Below are positions 61,206 through 64,000 of a stretch of DNA of 64,000 nt, piece by piece. The stretch covers positions 137,394,001-137,458,000 of the forward strand of contig CM059432.1 in the NCBI GenBank assembly GCA_030390025.1, given 5' to 3'. Position 1 is the stretch's first letter. Each line of letters begins with the position of its first letter. The position numbers and the translations under genes are program-made. The notes beneath the pieces were generated by a model that did not search any database, was not told the origin of the DNA, and saw only the letters and a list, made by a program, of their open reading frames with translations. Origin of the DNA: Squalus acanthias (taxonomy: Eukaryota).

Positions 61206-61975
61206 GGCCAGACTTTGGGGTTAACGGTGAACGAATGGCGCCAGCCGTTCATTACACTTACATTTGCCCACAGACTTTTTGTGGGGTTTTGCACCGGAAC
61301 TTACTGTAATTAGAGAGCCAATTAGGCGCAGCGACCTCTACAGGGGGATCTGGGACCTGTATGAACAGGGCAAGCAATGGTGTATCTCCTTAACCAATCA
61401 AATTGAAGAATGGATAACGAGCAGCGCAGAGTCTAAACCAAGAGGTGTAAGTTAGAATATCTAATTCAATACCAAATTCTGCACAGAAAGTGAAATAAAG
61501 GTGGGATTAAGAGAGAGAAAAGAGACGACAAAATTCAAACTTTTAAAATTAAATTGTTTAATTTTTTTAAATCTTCAACAATAACTAAAATCTGAAGGAA
61601 TGAAACTCCACACTTGTAAAAGTTAATTTTCAGTGCCAGAGAGGTTGTTTGGCAGTAATTAAGACTTATCACACCGTTAAAAATTCACTTACACTGGAAT
61701 GGACAAGTCCTAACTCTCTCTTTCTGGCATGTTTAATGGGTATCTATCACGCAAGTATCGCACCTTCACACCGTTCCGTGTGTTTCGATGCCGAGTCTCA
61801 TGGCGAGGTACCAGTATAGTGCAGTTTCTGGAGGAGCAGGGCAACTCGGACAGCAGCCTCCTGATTTCCACGTTTAACTGCGCATGTGTAGACGTCGGAA
61901 GTTGCTGTCTGATTTACACTTTAATAACGGTGGGCGCTGGTAGCCTCACCATTATTTCTACAGCAAATCCGGGCC
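61206..61975. mobile_element. Non-autonomous DNA transposon related to 31330-32013
   Basis: GGCC-type ends and shared CACCATTATTT subterminal sequence; similar AT-rich/GA-rich interior in reverse orientation. Confidence 0.5.
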
Positions 61976-62207
61976 ACTGAATCTTTTATATTTTGTGATG
62001 TGCAAGGCATTCTAAATGGCTACAGCAACTGCCTTTCTTGTGTTTATACTGAGATTGTTCATATCTATAGATGTAATTGTATTTATTTTGGTCCTTACTC
62101 CATCGTCCTTTGAGACAGACGATTGCCATATAATTATTAGTTATATATATATATTATATATATCTACAGTGGGTGAGAAAAACGTTTACTTTTACTTTTT
62201 CTTCTAG

Positions 62208-62320
62208 GAACCAATCAAAAAGCATTTACTCCAGTCTCTCTGGCCAGCACTTTTTCAAACTTCTTGCTCCAACAATGTGCACCTCAATCTTCTTTGGAAC
62301 AGCGTAACCTTTTACTCACT
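62208..62320 (+). other. Candidate 113-bp internal exon of an unidentified gene
   Basis: Strong acceptor TTTACTTTTACTTTTTCTTCTAG|G and donor ACT|GTGAGT in non-repetitive DNA; no recognised protein match. Confidence 0.35.
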
Positions 62321-64000
62321 GTGAGTAATGCCACGGAGATCTGCGAATATATCCCATTCCACCTATCCATCCCGCTATCCATCCATCTACCTGTCGCTCT
62401 ATCCATCTGTCTAGTGTTTGCTTCTGTCACAATTCAGACATCATATAATTTTAAAGGCGCATTTACTGACCATTGGTTGAAATGTTGTTGTATTCGTAAA
62501 ACAGCAACAAATCAGAACAGAGGAGGGAGGGGGACAGAGAAAAGTGGCTGGAAAATATGACCAAGTACTCGGGACATATTGAAGTACCAAGTCCAGTCAG
62601 CAAGATACATCAATCAATCAAAGGAAAAGGATGAACCAAGCAGATTGCTCGGGGCGGGGGCGGGGGCACAATTGGAAAAACCCTTTAGTTGCCAACTTGG
62701 GTTTCCCACTGAGCTGAGATTTAGACACAAAAGAAGAAAAGTTGAGGACAGATGAATTGCATTTAAATGTGTGTAACTAAACATTTAAACAAATACAAGT
62801 AAATGATTCAAATGACCTATACAATAGCATTTTCTGTTAGAAAGACCTCTCTCTCTATGTTTTCCATCAGAAGTCTATGTGAGGACCCTGAGCATTCAGT
62901 TCACGCAGGGCAATAGCTGAGCCTGCTAGCATGAAGGATTCAAACTAGCAGGTTACAGTCATTCCCAGTAGACACTTGTGAGTACAACTTGGTTTTTATG
63001 ATGGACAAGTTTGTCCATTCACAGTGGGTGCTGGAACTTGATGCAAGCCCTTCCCCCCCCCCCCCTCCAATGAAAATTTGTATTTTCTTTAATGAAATAT
63101 CAGGACAATGTAAAGCATGAGCTAGTTTTTTTATTTAATTGTTCATTCATGGGATGTGGGCGTCGCTGGCAAGGCCAGCAATTATTGCCCATCCCTAGTT
63201 GCCCTTGAGAAGGTGGTGGTGGTGAGCCACCTTCTTGAACCGCTGCAGTCCATGTGGTGAAGGTACTCCCACAGTGCTGTTAGGGAGGGAGTTCCAGAAC
63301 TTTGACCCAGCGACGATGAAGGTACAGCGATATATAATGGTATACATTGGGGCGGTCAAACTGTACGCTATTCTATTACAATTTGCAGCATAGTTGAAAC
63401 ACTGTTCGCCAGAATATGTCTTTGGTACATGAGGTATAAATCTAGAATCTTGTATACAATGTAATCTACTTTAATTTCCTTTGTAAGTGACTGAGAAGTG
63501 TGCTCTGTTTTTAAACGAGCAATATGTTCCGACGGACAGAACGACCTGTAGTGACTCTGCTTCTGTGATCTGCATGTGGACTGCAGTCTGCCAACTACCT
63601 ATCCTAGGAGACTAATGCAGATGTAAACCCATCTGCTCTGCTGCTCTAGGCTACGATTTGGTGGGAGGAGAGGGGAGGCGGGGTGGGTATGGAATGGAAA
63701 TCTGAAAGCAATATACAGCAGGGGTCTCGGTTATCGGGTGAAGGGTCATTGTCCAAATTTGAAATGGTAAGCTCAACTTGTCCTCATTATCGTTCACATG
63801 CTGACCTGCTATGTATTTCCATCACTTTATCTTGTTCATTTTCATAAAAATGTTTCTGTTGTACAACGGTGTTGATTTTTAAAAAAAACTTGTGATTATT
63901 CTCTCAAAGATGTACACTTTACTACAACAACAACAACTTGTATTTATATAGCGCCTTTAACATAGTAAAACGTCCCAAGGCGCTGCACAGGAGTATTTTA

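Overview
Eukaryotic, repeat-dense vertebrate DNA; the repeat set (HE1/V-SINE, SacSINE1-like DeuSINEs, CR1, L2, RTE, Penelope, Harbinger) points to a cartilaginous fish (shark). The only host protein-coding gene I can support is a complete 3-exon galanin receptor type 1 (GALR1, + strand). Its coding exons are 23157-23810, 27106-27171 and 43453-43770, giving 345 aa with GT-AG phase-0 introns and the same exon layout as human GALR1. Most other ORFs in the track are transposon remnants or shadow ORFs. Intron 2 holds a full-length decayed Gypsy LTR element (120-bp LTRs, 5-bp TSD, tRNA-Ser PBS), a truncated Penelope element with an inverted pseudo-LTR carrying a minimal hammerhead-ribozyme motif, a Tigger-like MITE and nested Harbinger elements. 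The gene is flanked by two young local duplications: a ~570-bp direct one upstream and a 916-bp inverted one just downstream of the stop codon. A non-repetitive CCAAT-rich region at ~53.3-53.8 kb and an exon-like segment at 62208-62320 may belong to the next gene. I found no convincing wholly new system; the best leads are the intronic hammerhead, the inverted duplication and the His-to-Asn changes in GALR1 TM6. Identity figures are by-eye counts.
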